Part shown: piece by piece, positions 26,481 through 38,332 of the stretch | Position numbering within the stretch: the stretch's first letter is position 1 | Layout: each line of letters begins with the position of its first letter | Assembly (NCBI RefSeq): GCF_000315625.1 | Contig: NW_005434635.1 | Span: 508,824-572,823, forward strand | Length of the DNA: 64,000 bases | Origin: Guillardia theta CCMP2712 | Lineage: Eukaryota > Protista > Cryptophyta | Direction: 5' to 3' | Notes under the pieces: generated by a model | Seen by the model: only the letters and a program-made list of their open reading frames with translations | Databases searched by the model: none | What the model was told of the DNA's origin: nothing | Program-made: the position numbers and the translations under genes

Positions 26481-27223
26481 TCCCTAGTCGCTCGACCTCT
26501 AACACTTCTCGTGCTCTTTCAAGTGCTGCATCCCTGGCCTCCCCTTCTAAATCCCTCATCTCATCGCGTCCTCGTTCCCTGCTCGTGTCATCCCGTCTCG
26601 TCTCCTCTCCTCTCCTCTCCTCTCCTCTCCTCTCCTCTCCTCTCCTCTCCTCTCCTCTCTTCTCCTCACCTTCTCACGCTCCTCTACTCTCCTCGCTCCT
26701 CGCTCCTCGGTCACCTCGTATTTCAGCTCCCCCCTGCCATGCTTGTATCTGGCATTTTTCCTGCCTCGATTCGGGGTAAGAGTCTTGTCCTAATTACACG
26801 CCTTCTGCCCCCCTGAGCTGTTACCCAGCGCAATGTCCGATGCCGACGACCTGCAGCGANNNNNNNNNNNNNNNNNNNNNNNNNNNNNNNNNNNNNNNNN
26901 NNNNNNNNNNNNNNNNNNNNNNNNNNNNNNNNNNNNNNNNNNNNNNNNNNNNNNNNNNNTTCAGTAGCTTTGATCCCATTCTTCATCGCTTGTAATCATC
27001 GGGTATTCCCTCCTCTATTGATATCATAACAATAATAAGCCGCCTCCACTCGATGTCAGAATTTCTTTCACTTCCTAGGGCCCCCCCCCGATTGAACTAG
27101 TACTAGCTCTCAATCTGCCTCAGCCCCGTCGGAACGCTACGAGGCCGGAAGACCACCCCCGCAGGGACCACGAGATAAGAAGATGGAGGAGGAGGAGGAG
27201 GAGGAGGAGGAGGAGGTGGAGAT

Positions 27224-28165
27224 GTGATGAAGGCGAGGCTCAGTGACAACGTCTTCGTCCTCGCGGTGATCAAAGAGGGTTATCCTCAAGGAGGAGGGCA
27301 GTACGTTCATGGGTCCACGAACTACGAGGGAGAACTGGTGCGAGGGAGAATGCATGGGAAGGGAGTGCTGACGATGGAGGGGATGAAGCAAGATGGTCAC
27401 TTCGCTGAAGGAAACTTTGAGGAGGGAACTTGTGCCATGCAGCAGGGCTGGACTTACATCGGAAAGACGTTGGACAGCCGTTGGGATGGGGAAGGGCTGC
27501 AGATGAAGCATCAGGACGGAGAGGAGTACGAGGGAGATGTAAAGGGAGGAGCCTTCCATGGTGTTGGGCTGTTGACTTGCGGAGACGGGAGGAAGTTCAG
27601 AGGCGTGTTTGACAGGGGGTCCAAGAGTGGACCAGGGCGAATGGTCCTTGCAACGGGGGAGAACGTGCAGGCGAACTTCGACAAGGAGAGGATGACGGGG
27701 GATCGCACCATCAGCTTTCTCAACGGAAGCACCATGAGGTTCTCGGAGAGCTACCAGGACGACAAGTCGGACGTGCTTTACGCCTTCGCCAACGGGCTGG
27801 TCGTGCAAGGGTTTTCAGAGTCTGGCCGCCTCAATGGTACCTGCAGCGTGAACAGGGAGAGCGAAGCGACAGGACCCGAGCTCCCGTCCTTCGAGTTCCG
27901 CGGGGAGATGAAGGCTGGAGCTGTGCACGGGCCGGGCATGCTGAGCTTCGGGAAGCTGAGGTATGAGGGGAAGTGGGCTGGAGGGACCGCGCATGGTGAG
28001 GGAACCTTGTTCGAGGTGGGGGCTCACAGCAAGACGGCGATCCCTCTGCGAGTGACCTCGTACACGTTCGGAGCGCGAAATGATGCTCATGTGCCGCCCG
28101 CTGACCCTCATGGCGGTGATGCGAGTGAGGATGAAATGATCCCCTTTGAGGACCGAACGTCATAG
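27224..28165 (+). CDS. MORN-repeat protein, single exon
   Basis: Repeated YEGxxxxGxxHGxG motifs: [42 protein letters not shown]. Confidence 0.85.
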   Translation: MMKARLSDNVFVLAVIKEGYPQGGGQYVHGSTNYEGELVRGRMHGKGVLTMEGMKQDGHFAEGNFEEGTCAMQQGWTYIGKTLDSRWDGEGLQMKHQDGEEYEGDVKGGAFHGVGLLTCGDGRKFRGVFDRGSKSGPGRMVLATGENVQANFDKERMTGDRTISFLNGSTMRFSESYQDDKSDVLYAFANGLVVQGFSESGRLNGTCSVNRESEATGPELPSFEFRGEMKAGAVHGPGMLSFGKLRYEGKWAGGTAHGEGTLFEVGAHSKTAIPLRVTSYTFGARNDAHVPPADPHGGDASEDEMIPFEDRTS

Positions 28166-28267
28166 TGTAAAATACAACATTATCATTACAAGCTCTCGCT
28201 ACACACATTATCATTACAAGCTCCCGCTCACACAAGTTGATTCGACTTCTTCAGTGAGCACCTGGCT

Positions 28268-30572
28268 TCAGTGGTCGTCGAACCTGCTCTTCAAGATGTC
28301 CATGAATGACAAGTTTTCTTTCTCGCGGGTAAAGGAGTTGTCCCGCGACTTGCGGCGGGTCGGGATCGAAGAATCTCTCACGAGCTTTCGGTGCTTCACT
28401 GCTTCTTCAGGGATCAGATCGGACGAGGAGGATTCTTCCAAGCTGCAAAACTCTCACGAAGAGAAGGAGCGAGAGGGCCAACAAGCAAGAGCGAGCGAGG
28501 AAAGAGGGAGGGATGGAAGGAGGGAGGGAGGGAGGGAGGGATGGATGGATGGATGGATGGATGGATGGATGGATGGATGGATGGAGGGAGGGAGGGAGGG
28601 AGGGAGGGAGGGAGGGAGGGCACTGGAATTACCTCGAGGACAACAGACTGTCAATGGTCTGTAGAGCTTCCGACGGAGATCGTTTGACAGTGCTGACATA
28701 CTGATTGGCCCGTTGCTGCAATGAGTCATAAGTCAAATAATCCCTTGCAGTCTGTTCAGATGAATGCAGATCAGCAGGTTGCTTGTTCACATTGTCTTTG
28801 GAAGGCTTCAGGTTGTTTTCAGCCCATTCTTCTATTCTGCTTTTCTTGGTTTTCTTCTCATTGTTCCTGAAACTTTTGTTCTCCTCACTCGCCATCGTTC
28901 TCATCTGGTGCTGTGGCCTCATCATTTGCGGTTCAAGCAAGTGATCCTTTGGCCGAGGGACCTCCATGGACTTGCGCTTCTTGGTGCTCCTCTTCTCCTC
29001 ATCGTTCTTGACGCCTGTCCGATTGCCTCCATCACCTCCTGATATTCTTGCGCCGTGTGCGTCAGCCCCAGCACCTTTCTCGTCCACCCTCCGATCTGCC
29101 TTCGGCTCTGTCGTGCAAGTCGGAGATTGTATGGATACATGTCGTGTCATGGTTGCCAGCTCAAGGAATTTTTGATCCTGCTCCATGTCAATGGGCTCGA
29201 ACTCGTCTTCGTCAAAACCAGACGCTGTGATACTCAATCGCTTTCTGTTCTGCTTCTCCTCGCTGATGAAGGTCTTGAGGACTGGCTCTATGGCTTCTTG
29301 CTGTTTGTTCTGGAGGACTCGCTCTGTGGCTTCTTGCTGTTTGTTCTTGATAGTTATCGATCCCTCGAGCAAGCGAGCAAGCAGACAATTCTGTAGCTTG
29401 CCGATGCTGATACAGTTAGAAAGCTCATTCGTGGGAGCTTCCAGCCTCTGGGTGCCTCCAACTGAACTATCTGCATCCTTCTTCTCTTTGCTCGCTGCGG
29501 CATTCTGTGACTTCACCTCAATCGAAAAAGTTTTGCGAGAGGATGAGCTTGCTTTGGCTGGTGGGAGGCGATCTCTGCAGACGCGGACGAGGAGAGGGAT
29601 TGTGCTTCTGTGCTTGCTCAGGACTGAGAGGTGCACTAACGTCCCTGTCGGCCCGCGCAACTTTGCTAGAACCGCATCCAAGGACAGGCTGTCCGTCAGC
29701 TCCCCGTCCACCGCAAGAATCACGTCGCCTGGTCGTAGAGTCTTCTGGGCTGGCCCTCCATGCGCGACTTCAACCACTACCGTGGCTCCTCGCACTCGCT
29801 GCAGACGCACTCCTATCCCCGCCTCGTGTCGCATTGCCTTTCTCTCCTCCTTGCTGGACCCTGACGGCCTTTTGTGCCGCTGCGCTTGCTTGGGCTTGGG
29901 AGGAGGGGGAGTTCCAGCATCTGCATGCTGGATTGTCGTTTCTGCCGGTTCCGACATGGTCTGCGGGGCCTTGTCGACATTTGGTTTCCAGTTCAGCTCG
30001 ACTTCCTGTGAGGGGAAGGCTTGAGCTGCAGATTGTGACTGACGTTGCTGAGGTAATTCGCGTCGCTCTTTGTGAACGTCAGAAGCATCCACTTGCTCAT
30101 TCTCCTTCTCTTCAAATGATTTCTCAGTGTCAGTCTCAGCTTCTTGCTCGTTCTTGTCTTCATGTGAAGCTTGTCCATTCCCTCTCTCATTTTGATTGTG
30201 CACCTGCTGAGAACATTCTGACTGATCACAAGGAATCTTCTCGTCAGCTTTATCTGAACCTGTCTTGCTGCTTTCTTCAAGAGAAGTAGACAGTCCAGAT
30301 GAAACCGAATCGATCAATGTCTGAATGAAGTTCTGTCCTCCATTGCTGTGATCTAGTGTGCTAGTTTCATACAGAGCTTCTGTCTTCCGTCTTTCTTGCT
30401 GCTTCTTCACAAATTCTTCCCAGAAAGCAATTCCTTGTTCCACCATGAGATTGTGGGTGGAAGAGAAGATTAGGCCAGCAACAGGGGAGTGCATCTCCTG
30501 ATAAGGCTTGTTCTCAACAACACAAGACGAGAATGAAGTCTCCTGACTCGGCTCGGCTTCTATACTGGACAT
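28268..30572 (-). CDS. Largely disordered protein with one PDZ domain
   Basis: [66 protein letters not shown] lies in a 1.9-kb exon. A short terminal exon follows a (GGAT)n/(GGAG)n intron. Confidence 0.8.
28510..28620. repeat. (GGAG)n-(GGAT)n-(GGAG)n tetranucleotide microsatellite
   Basis: Directly visible, inside the PDZ gene intron. Confidence 0.9.
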
Positions 30573-31197
30573 CTTAACTTCAACGACAAGAGCGTGGAGG
30601 ACTGTCCTATCTGCTAACAACAAACAGTCAGTCAGTCAAGGAATGTTTCTTGTGCCCTCTCGTTGTATGTCTCATGTCTGTCTTCCTCAATCCATCCTTC
30701 CTCCTCTTGCTTCTTCCTTCCTCAGCTATCGTACTACGGTCGCTCGCTCTCCTTGTCTCCTTCAAGTGACTCAGTCCTTGCCTCGCCCGGCTCCGCCATA
30801 CCAATAAAAGCTCAACGGTAGAAACTTGTCGGGGAATCTTTACTCAAAGTCGGGGAAGTTGTACTCAAACTCAGAAGTAAACATTTGGATCCGGATCGGA
30901 CTCGGACTCCGGGACTCGGCCCGCCCGGTGTCCGGAGGACCGGGCGGGCCGGGTCCGATCCGAGTCACTGAGTGGCAGCGTGCCGCTGTGCATCACGACT
31001 GAGTTGTCCTCAGTCTATTCAAAGTTTCGGCTCACAATTCAAATTTGAAGATAGACTATCGAAATTATGGAACAAATCCCTGAACGTGCAGGGCAAGTGG
31101 GGTGACAGACGTGATGCGGACGGGAGAGCAAGGGAGGAGGAAACAAACTGAACCTGAAGCTTCATCCTTGTTCATGGCCGTTGAATGATTCCATAAG

Positions 31198-31992
31198 TTG
31201 CTTCCACGAAAGATAACAGAAGGCTACGGCGGAATACGGGGAGGAGACGAAGATCCCATGGAGGACCACGAACTTCAGGTCGTGGAAGTTGGTTCTGGAG
31301 CGGCAATGGATGCTCAAGAAGCACTAGACATCACGTTTCACAAGAAGAAGATGCACATCTCGCTTCTTCTCACAGAGAATGGACTGGCACCCTTGTTTGA
31401 TGGAGCAGCCTGGGCAGGAACTAGATTGTGGGAAGCCGCCATCGCGGCGATTAAATTCATGTCATCCAAATATGCACAACAATTGGGCAGTGGGGCGAAG
31501 TTGTTGGAGCTGGGATGCGGTACTGGGGTGCCTGGCATGTGCTGCAGGATTCTGGGAGGAGAAGTACTGCTCACCGAACAACCTCAGCTGATACCTCTTT
31601 TGGATGAAAACCTGCAGAGGAACTTCTCGGGTGATGCTCATATCCGCGCAGAACCATTCTCTTGGGGAGAAGAGTGCGCGAAAAGTATTCGGGCAGAGCA
31701 TGGAAGCTTTCGTTTTGTCTTGGCGTGCGACTGCATCTTTGCGCCATTGTACGGAGATTCTTGGAGGTTGCTGGCCGATTCGCTTCATGTTCTCCTCCAA
31801 GCAGAGGAAGCGAGGCCTGAGGGAGGGCTGGAGCCTCCGATAGGAATTCTTGCGATGCAGCGACGAAATGGCGACCAGGTTGACACGTTCTTCGAGTACT
31901 TGAGGAGCCTCAACGACCAATGGGTTGTGAATCTTGTGTATGAGAACAAGCCCATCGAAATCTACGAAGTTTTTCTGGCGAGCAACGACTAG
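31198..31992 (+). CDS. Seven-beta-strand protein-lysine methyltransferase, family 16 (METTL21/EFM-like)
   Basis: GTRLWEAA, LLELGCGTGVPG, VLLTEQ, FSWG and VLACDCIF (DxxY/F motif). The true start may be in an upstream exon near 31067. Confidence 0.85.
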   Translation: MLPRKITEGYGGIRGGDEDPMEDHELQVVEVGSGAAMDAQEALDITFHKKKMHISLLLTENGLAPLFDGAAWAGTRLWEAAIAAIKFMSSKYAQQLGSGAKLLELGCGTGVPGMCCRILGGEVLLTEQPQLIPLLDENLQRNFSGDAHIRAEPFSWGEECAKSIRAEHGSFRFVLACDCIFAPLYGDSWRLLADSLHVLLQAEEARPEGGLEPPIGILAMQRRNGDQVDTFFEYLRSLNDQWVVNLVYENKPIEIYEVFLASND

Positions 31993-32415
31993 GGATCAAG
32001 GGTACAAAGTAGCGAGCAAGGAGAGCATGACAAGAGGGTTATTGCTGTAAAAGTAAACTTTGAGTTGCTGTGAGCAGAAGGAACCTGCTTGCAAGTTCTG
32101 CCATTGATCTGATTTCATCGTTCAACAAGCTAGCCTCAGAGCGAGAGAATATGGGAGCACAAAGACAGCAAGACAGCTCCTTCGTGGCCCTGTGCCTGCT
32201 CCCTCCCCTCAACNNNNNNNNNNNNNNNNNNNNNNNNNNNNNNNNNNNNNNNNNNNNNNNNNNNNNNNNNNNNNNNNNNNNNNNNNNNNNNNNNNNNNNN
32301 NNNNNNNNNNNNNTCTCTCTCCTCTTCCTTCCTCTCTCTCCTCCACTACCCCCCCCCCCCCCCCCCGTCTCTCTCCCTCCCTCCGGCCCCCTCTATGTAG
32401 ATTCGTACAGCATCG

Positions 32416-35400
32416 ATGAGGCATTCACCGCTCGTTGCTTGCTACCTAGCATGGCTCAGCTACTGGTTTTGTCATGCGGAGCCTCTCAGGTTAGGAGGAG
32501 GAATCACTCTTGAGCTTCAGGAGGGCTGCGAAAGCGGCTGGGCTTGTCTTGTGCGGCGAGGACGGCAGGAGGTGAAAGTTGATGTGCTTGCGGCATATAA
32601 CGACTGGGTCATGGAGATCGCGATGCCCAAGGAGATCCACATGGTCGGCTTACGGATGAGTGTCGTGGGAGATAAGAAAGGCTTCATGCGGTACCGTAGA
32701 AACTCTGAGATCCATGCTGCTGCAAGACAGACAGAAGGACGCGAGTCATGGTTCACGTTCGTTCTGCCTGGACCTCCAGCTGATGATTATCGCCTGACCG
32801 TTGAGATCGACATCAGCAGGCAGCACCATGCCATTGAAACTACCTTGTACACTCACTCCATCAGATTCGTTGATCTTGACCACCGCAAACTGAAAGTCGG
32901 AGAAATCTTCGACAGTCTTACCATCATTCCAGATGAGAATGCTACAAGTCACGGCAACGAAATCCAATGTAAACTTCTCAGTGCCGATGAGAAAGAATTG
33001 ATTCTCATCTTTTCTCTTCCACAAGCTGAGCAACAAGTAAATCAGCTTTACTCGTTTTCCTCAGACGTTTTCCATGGGCACAAACTTGTTCTGTCAGTTC
33101 AAGTGAGCTCTATTTTGACGTTACAGGACGATTCACATTGCTTTATGAGCTTAAATATAGGCAGACTGACTGGAGGAACTTACAAGCTGAATTCAAGTTT
33201 GAGTCAAGAAAAGTTTCGAGCTTTTGCAAGTAATTCCTTTTCGGTACCGATTGAAAGTTTGCGAGTCGAAGATGATCAGAAGAACGCATTGCTTGCATCG
33301 GATCGAAGACGTTCTGGCAGTACGCACAAACCTCTATCAGGACAAGATGAGAAAATATTTCTCATCAACGCCAATGCGCGAGGCTTGATAGACATCTTCA
33401 GAAATCTTGACTCACGAAAGAGTTCTCTCCTTCTACAAAATGAAAGGATACTAGCATTTCATGTTAGCCAAAACATGTCATCAGAACTTTTTGCATTCCA
33501 AGAATTTCATTCTGTTGGCGGTCTTCCGTGGCTCATGCTGAAATTTCAAGTTCATCAAGTATGCAAGAATCGATCCCAGGAGTTGCTGCAAAGTCTTTGT
33601 TCAGCATGTTCTGTTCACTATCGCATGGGTGATGGTGATGTATTGGAGAGATCTGTTCTCGAAAAGAAGCTGGATGTAGTCTCGTCCATTTTCGACAATG
33701 GTACATGTGGGCTGGAGTTGAAGGGTCTAATCGAATCAAACACTCGGTGGTCATTCGGGGTACGTTGTCGACCGTCAAGTGTCATTTCTGTTCGGCACTT
33801 TGAGTGGAAAGTGGTGGATGTGCAAAGTCTGGATATTCACATGCAAGGCTATAAAAGGCATGAAGAGGGCGACAACTTCAAGGAAGAGATGGAAGGACTG
33901 ATGCCTGGGAAGTATGCCTTGCGGGTTGACGTCAGAGCTGTCCTTGCGTTGACGCCAGATGAGTCCATTGATCTCAATGTTACCTTGCAAGATCAGCTCA
34001 CGGCCTACAGATCGGACAACTGCGTCAACATACCTCTCACTTCAGATGGCCTGATATTGGGAGAAGAAGTTTGTAAGACGATTCGAACGCAAGATTCGAC
34101 GAGGAATGAATGCGAGAATGTCACGTTTGTCACTTCCGCAACGATCGATAGATTGCCAACTCTCCTGAACCTCCTGGCCCACTGGTCGCGTCCAGTCTCA
34201 GTTGCAATCTATGCGCGTACCCACGAAGAGGAGAGGCAAATCAGCCTATTTGTAAGGAAATATGTGCTCCCCTGGTGCTCCAAGAAGCATCAAAGCATCT
34301 CAATCTGCATGCTCACCGCTTGCATCGATGAGAGTAGACCTCCTTTCATCCTTCCGTTTCCTGTCAACAGACTCCGACGTCTCGCCACCTCCATAGCCAA
34401 GACGGACCTTGTCATCTACGCCGACATTGACTTGCTCCCATCGGCAGACCTTGGAAGCATCATCATGGAGAAGTTCCTTTCGAGGCAGGTGCAAGGATGG
34501 AAAGACGTGCTGGTGATCCCATCCTTTCGAAGCAGCGACGAGTCATGGCCCTCTCCTGCAAGCATACTAGGGAGTGACAACGACGTCTGGATAGAAGCCG
34601 AACCGATCAAGACTGATTCTTTGCTGGAGAGGTTTCTCAACGAGACCGTTACGATCCCAGGACTGAAGGAGCTTGAGTTGCCAAGAGGCGACTTGTGGTT
34701 TCATTCGTCGGTGTTTCATGCTCCGACAGACTATGCCCGATGGTTCAACGCGAAAAGTCTTTACGAGGTCGACTACGTATTAGGGTACGAGCCTTACGTT
34801 GTGCTCAACCGAAGCGACTGGCACGGACAGCATGGCTGGGGGCTGTGGGACGAAGCCTTTGACACATGGGGATGGGACAAGGCTTCCTTCACGTTCGAGG
34901 TGGCACATCTCGGGTACAGCTTCCTCGTCAGCAATCGCGGGGCCTTGCTTCACGCCTCCTTGTCGCAGTATGACTTCCCTGACCTCCCGCACTTCTCCTC
35001 CACAAGCCGCAGGACGCGAGCGGATGGTTGGGGCCCTCCCGACACTGTAGGTCGACGACGCTTCTTGGAGCTCGTGCAGAGGGAGCAATCTCGGCGCTTG
35101 TCCTGGATGATCAAGTCTTGCCTGGTGTCATCGTTCCTGGTCGACTGCGACAAGTCTGACCTGTCAAACCGCGTCGAAGTTCGTGTGCTCAGCAAGCACA
35201 GGAACGGCAGCCTTGGTTTCATCAAGAGCTGGAGCCTCGCCGGACTCACCCACCATGTTGGGTATCTCTTCCAGCTAGAAATCCTGGAGGCGGAAGAGGA
35301 GCAAGAGTTTTTGATTCAGCGACAGTTTGTGTGGGATGCATGGAGCAGGCAGCAAAAGGTCCTTGAGATCCACGTGGAGGAAGACAGACAGAACGCTACT

Positions 35401-35493
35401 GCCATCAGAGCTGTCCTCAAAGACCTGCACGCCTCCCAGCTGCTCGGCTATCACTCCATTTTGTACTCGTTCGAACATGTCATGGTTCCCTGA
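32416..35493 (+). CDS. Secreted/Golgi glycosyltransferase family 49 (LARGE/B4GAT1-like glucuronyltransferase domain) with a long N-terminal extension, single exon, 1025 aa
   Basis: VTFVTSATIDRLPTLLNLLAHWSRPVSVAIY, FPVNRLR, YADIDLLPS, HAPTDYARW, YEPYVVL and WDEAFDTWGWDK. The N-terminus is a signal peptide. Confidence 0.88.
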   Translation: MRHSPLVACYLAWLSYWFCHAEPLRLGGGITLELQEGCESGWACLVRRGRQEVKVDVLAAYNDWVMEIAMPKEIHMVGLRMSVVGDKKGFMRYRRNSEIHAAARQTEGRESWFTFVLPGPPADDYRLTVEIDISRQHHAIETTLYTHSIRFVDLDHRKLKVGEIFDSLTIIPDENATSHGNEIQCKLLSADEKELILIFSLPQAEQQVNQLYSFSSDVFHGHKLVLSVQVSSILTLQDDSHCFMSLNIGRLTGGTYKLNSSLSQEKFRAFASNSFSVPIESLRVEDDQKNALLASDRRRSGSTHKPLSGQDEKIFLINANARGLIDIFRNLDSRKSSLLLQNERILAFHVSQNMSSELFAFQEFHSVGGLPWLMLKFQVHQVCKNRSQELLQSLCSACSVHYRMGDGDVLERSVLEKKLDVVSSIFDNGTCGLELKGLIESNTRWSFGVRCRPSSVISVRHFEWKVVDVQSLDIHMQGYKRHEEGDNFKEEMEGLMPGKYALRVDVRAVLALTPDESIDLNVTLQDQLTAYRSDNCVNIPLTSDGLILGEEVCKTIRTQDSTRNECENVTFVTSATIDRLPTLLNLLAHWSRPVSVAIYARTHEEERQISLFVRKYVLPWCSKKHQSISICMLTACIDESRPPFILPFPVNRLRRLATSIAKTDLVIYADIDLLPSADLGSIIMEKFLSRQVQGWKDVLVIPSFRSSDESWPSPASILGSDNDVWIEAEPIKTDSLLERFLNETVTIPGLKELELPRGDLWFHSSVFHAPTDYARWFNAKSLYEVDYVLGYEPYVVLNRSDWHGQHGWGLWDEAFDTWGWDKASFTFEVAHLGYSFLVSNRGALLHASLSQYDFPDLPHFSSTSRRTRADGWGPPDTVGRRRFLELVQREQSRRLSWMIKSCLVSSFLVDCDKSDLSNRVEVRVLSKHRNGSLGFIKSWSLAGLTHHVGYLFQLEILEAEEEQEFLIQRQFVWDAWSRQQKVLEIHVEEDRQNATAIRAVLKDLHASQLLGYHSILYSFEHVMVP

Positions 35494-35993
35494 GAGTTTG
35501 GCAGGCGACACCCAAGTTGTTTCTTTCCGCTCTTTATGGCACAACATCTTCATTAGGATCCTTTATTGTTTGCAGACATCCTGTACACTTCTTTCAACTA
35601 CATAGATTTACTCACACAAAGCTGTAACTAGTTCACACAAAACCTGATGTTAAATACACAGCACGAAAGTATGAATAAAACGATGAAACTTTGATAAGAT
35701 GAATGAAAATGATTACAGGCTTACTTAGCGACACATCAGGCTCATCAGCGATAGATATGCAACTTCTTTCAGTGATTCAAAATGATAGTTGTGTATCCTC
35801 AACTCCCCCGCGCTGGATGCTATTCACTCTACCGAGACTTCCCTGGTCTCAAAATCGATGAACTTTCAATCCTCTGACCTCGTCAACATGTNNNNNNNNN
35901 NNNNNNNNNNNNNNNNNNNNNNNNNNNNNNNNNNNNNNNNNNNNNNNNNNNNNNNNNNNNNNNNNNNNNNNNNNNNNNNNNNNNNNNNNNNAC

Positions 35994-36253
35994 GCTCCAG
36001 CCAGCTCCAGCCAGCTCCAGCCAGCTCAGCCAGCTCCAGCCAGCTCCAGCCAGCTCCAGCCAGCTCCAGCCAGCTCAGCCAGCTCCAGCCAGCTCCAGCC
36101 AGCTCCAGCCAGCTCAGCCAGCTCCAGCCAGCTCAGCCAGCTCAGCCAGCTCCAGCCAGCTCCAGCCAGCTCCAGCCAGCTCCAGCCAGCTCCAGCCAGC
36201 TCCAGCCAGCTCCAGCCAGCTCCAGCCAGCTCCAGCCAGCTCCAGCCAGCTCC
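35994..36253. repeat. 10-bp tandem repeat (CCAGCCAGCT)n with 9-bp variants, adjacent to an assembly gap
   Basis: Directly visible. The true length is unknown because the array runs into the N gap. Confidence 0.95.
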
Positions 36254-37148
36254 TTCCTCGCTCGCATTAAGCGGGAGGCACTGCATGCAAGATGGACGGT
36301 GAACGCATGCCCGCAGCTGTCAACTCGTTTCTGACATGCAACAGAAGCTAAATCCGATCTCCTCCAAGTCCTGTCGAGACTCGAAGCGCACTGGGTGGTG
36401 CTGGAAGCAGGTTTTCTCGAGCACTCAGCATCTGCTTCTCATGCCATGTTGTAGAACTGGTCGAAATCAACAAAGACATTTTGTTTTGTGAGCAATGCTT
36501 GCAAAAGTATGGGTGAGAGTCAAACAGCAAAGTATGTAGCGTTGTGAATGATTTCTGTCCTTCCTCCAGAGAGCATTTCTCTTTCCCATTGCATCATCTG
36601 AAGGTGCTTTTTTTGTTTGTTGTGATGGTGGTGAGCTTGGATGGCATTGAATTGAGGTTGGCAGGAATTGAAAAAAAGTAAGAAGCACAAGATGAAAGAA
36701 ATCATTCGCACGATGGAAGCATTCAATTCAAATTTGGTCGGAGGAAGGAGACTCGTCAAACTACTCGAAAGAGAGATGGCAAGCTCTTTTATTCAGACAC
36801 TCTCATTCTAATCTTCAATTTTTTTCTTTTTAGCCAATTGCGGGCACAGGAACTTCATTCCGGAATGCCCCAAGCTGATTGGAGGCAAGAACCTCCATCT
36901 ATCTGCCGGATCATCAAAAATTCTTGTCAAAAAACTGTTGTGTGTGTTTGTGTTGTTGCTGTTGAATTGAATTAAAGTGTAGTCATTCTCATGCACGCGT
37001 CATGTGAAGATTCGAAGCAAGTGAAGGAGTCTTGTTACATGAGGTCTTAACGTTCTGAAAGCTTTGAAGCTGGCAACAAATATGAAGATTAGAGGCTTCA
37101 CGTTGTAAATCTAATGGTGTATTGATGTGAACAAGATCATTCATGTAG

Positions 37149-37997
37149 TTATGCTTCAACAAGTTGCCCAGCTACTGATTGCAGACTGCGGTCGATGTTA
37201 GCACTTTCGAAGTAGGCAGCACAAGCTCACCAAACTGCCTCATAAAATCTTGAAGCTCAGGGACAGCCTTAGCAGATAGAACCTGGCATATCATTTTAAC
37301 TTCATTTCACGTGTATCATGGAACAAATCTAAGAATGCGGCAAACAAGGTTTCCTACATACCGGGAACTTGTAGGTGATGATTGCATAGATCCACTCTCC
37401 TGTTGTTCCACGTTTGGCCTGAATGTCCAGTGATGAGCATGTCGAAGGTACGTCATGCTGCAGATTACCCTAGCAAAGCAGAAGCCCTCTCCATCCCGAG
37501 GATCAACCGAGTGGGTACGGCCATAGATCAGCCCGTCATCTTCGTAGAATCTGCAGTAACATGATTCAGAGAATGCATATGGAGACTGTATATTATATCT
37601 CGTTACCGATGAACTTCGTAATTCTTCCCATCGATGTTGAATCCATTGCCAAACGTGGTGTCTTTGTCATTGAAGGCAGTCAAATAACCCTGCCACCGCA
37701 TCATTTATGAATCGACTTGTTCAGAGTTGAAGTTCACCTTCAAATCCTGAATCGAGATAGATCCTTCCATTGAGAGAACCTTTCCGTTCGAGTCAAAGAC
37801 CGCCTGAAAACAAAGTCTTAGTTTCTGGGTGGTTGCTGAGTGAAAAGAAAATGCGACAATGAAGCACAAGAAGAAATGATAGAACGACAGAATAGTCAAG
37901 AACTAAGTGCACAAGATAGTGAAGGAGGAGGATGTTTCTTCCAGCATTGGCATACCCGGCGCGTCCATTCTGTCTTCTCCTTCAGCGCACGCTCCAT
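37149..37997 (-). CDS. Profilin-like protein, multi-exon
   Basis: Spliced: AVFDSNGKVLSMEGSISIQDLK|GYLTAFNDKDTTFGNGFNIDGKNYEVHR|FYEDDGLIYGR...GEGFCFAR|...YAIITYKFP|VLSAKAVPELQDF. Size and the G..GxxY...IYG pattern fit the profilin fold. Confidence 0.6.
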
Positions 37998-38332
37998 GCT
38001 TCCCTCGCAGCCCTGTGTGGCTTGCAGCCTGCTTGACCTGTGCTGTACTCACAAAACCTGTCCCTCATCCCCGCGCATGTCGGGACTCGGAGTCGGCGGC
38101 CGGGCCACTCGCGCGCGCGGCGCCGGGCCCGGGCCCTGACGGTACGGTCGCCACCACTCAGAACTTGACCGGTGACCGGCGGGCAGCAGGTCTGCCGCCG
38201 TCAGGCCGCTGACTCCCGAGCGTGGCGGCAAGTCAGCGGCAGGGGCTCTCGCCGGACGGGATGAGAAGTAACGGTCGGACAGACTGCATAAGACCTTTAC
38301 AATGATTAAACGTTTATACTTTTGGCGCTTGC

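Noticed and set aside
29185-30289. 279-aa and 260-aa plus-strand ORFs
   Set aside because: They are antisense shadows of the PDZ gene's long exon and have no recognisable motifs.
35789-36334. ORF with SSQLQPAPA repeats
   Set aside because: It is the translation of a 10-bp tandem repeat running through an N gap, with no evidence of coding.
35750-36900. Possible additional minus-strand gene with signal-peptide-like MISFILCFLLFF
   Set aside because: No consistent exon chain or recognisable domain could be built, and the region is interrupted by a repeat and a gap.
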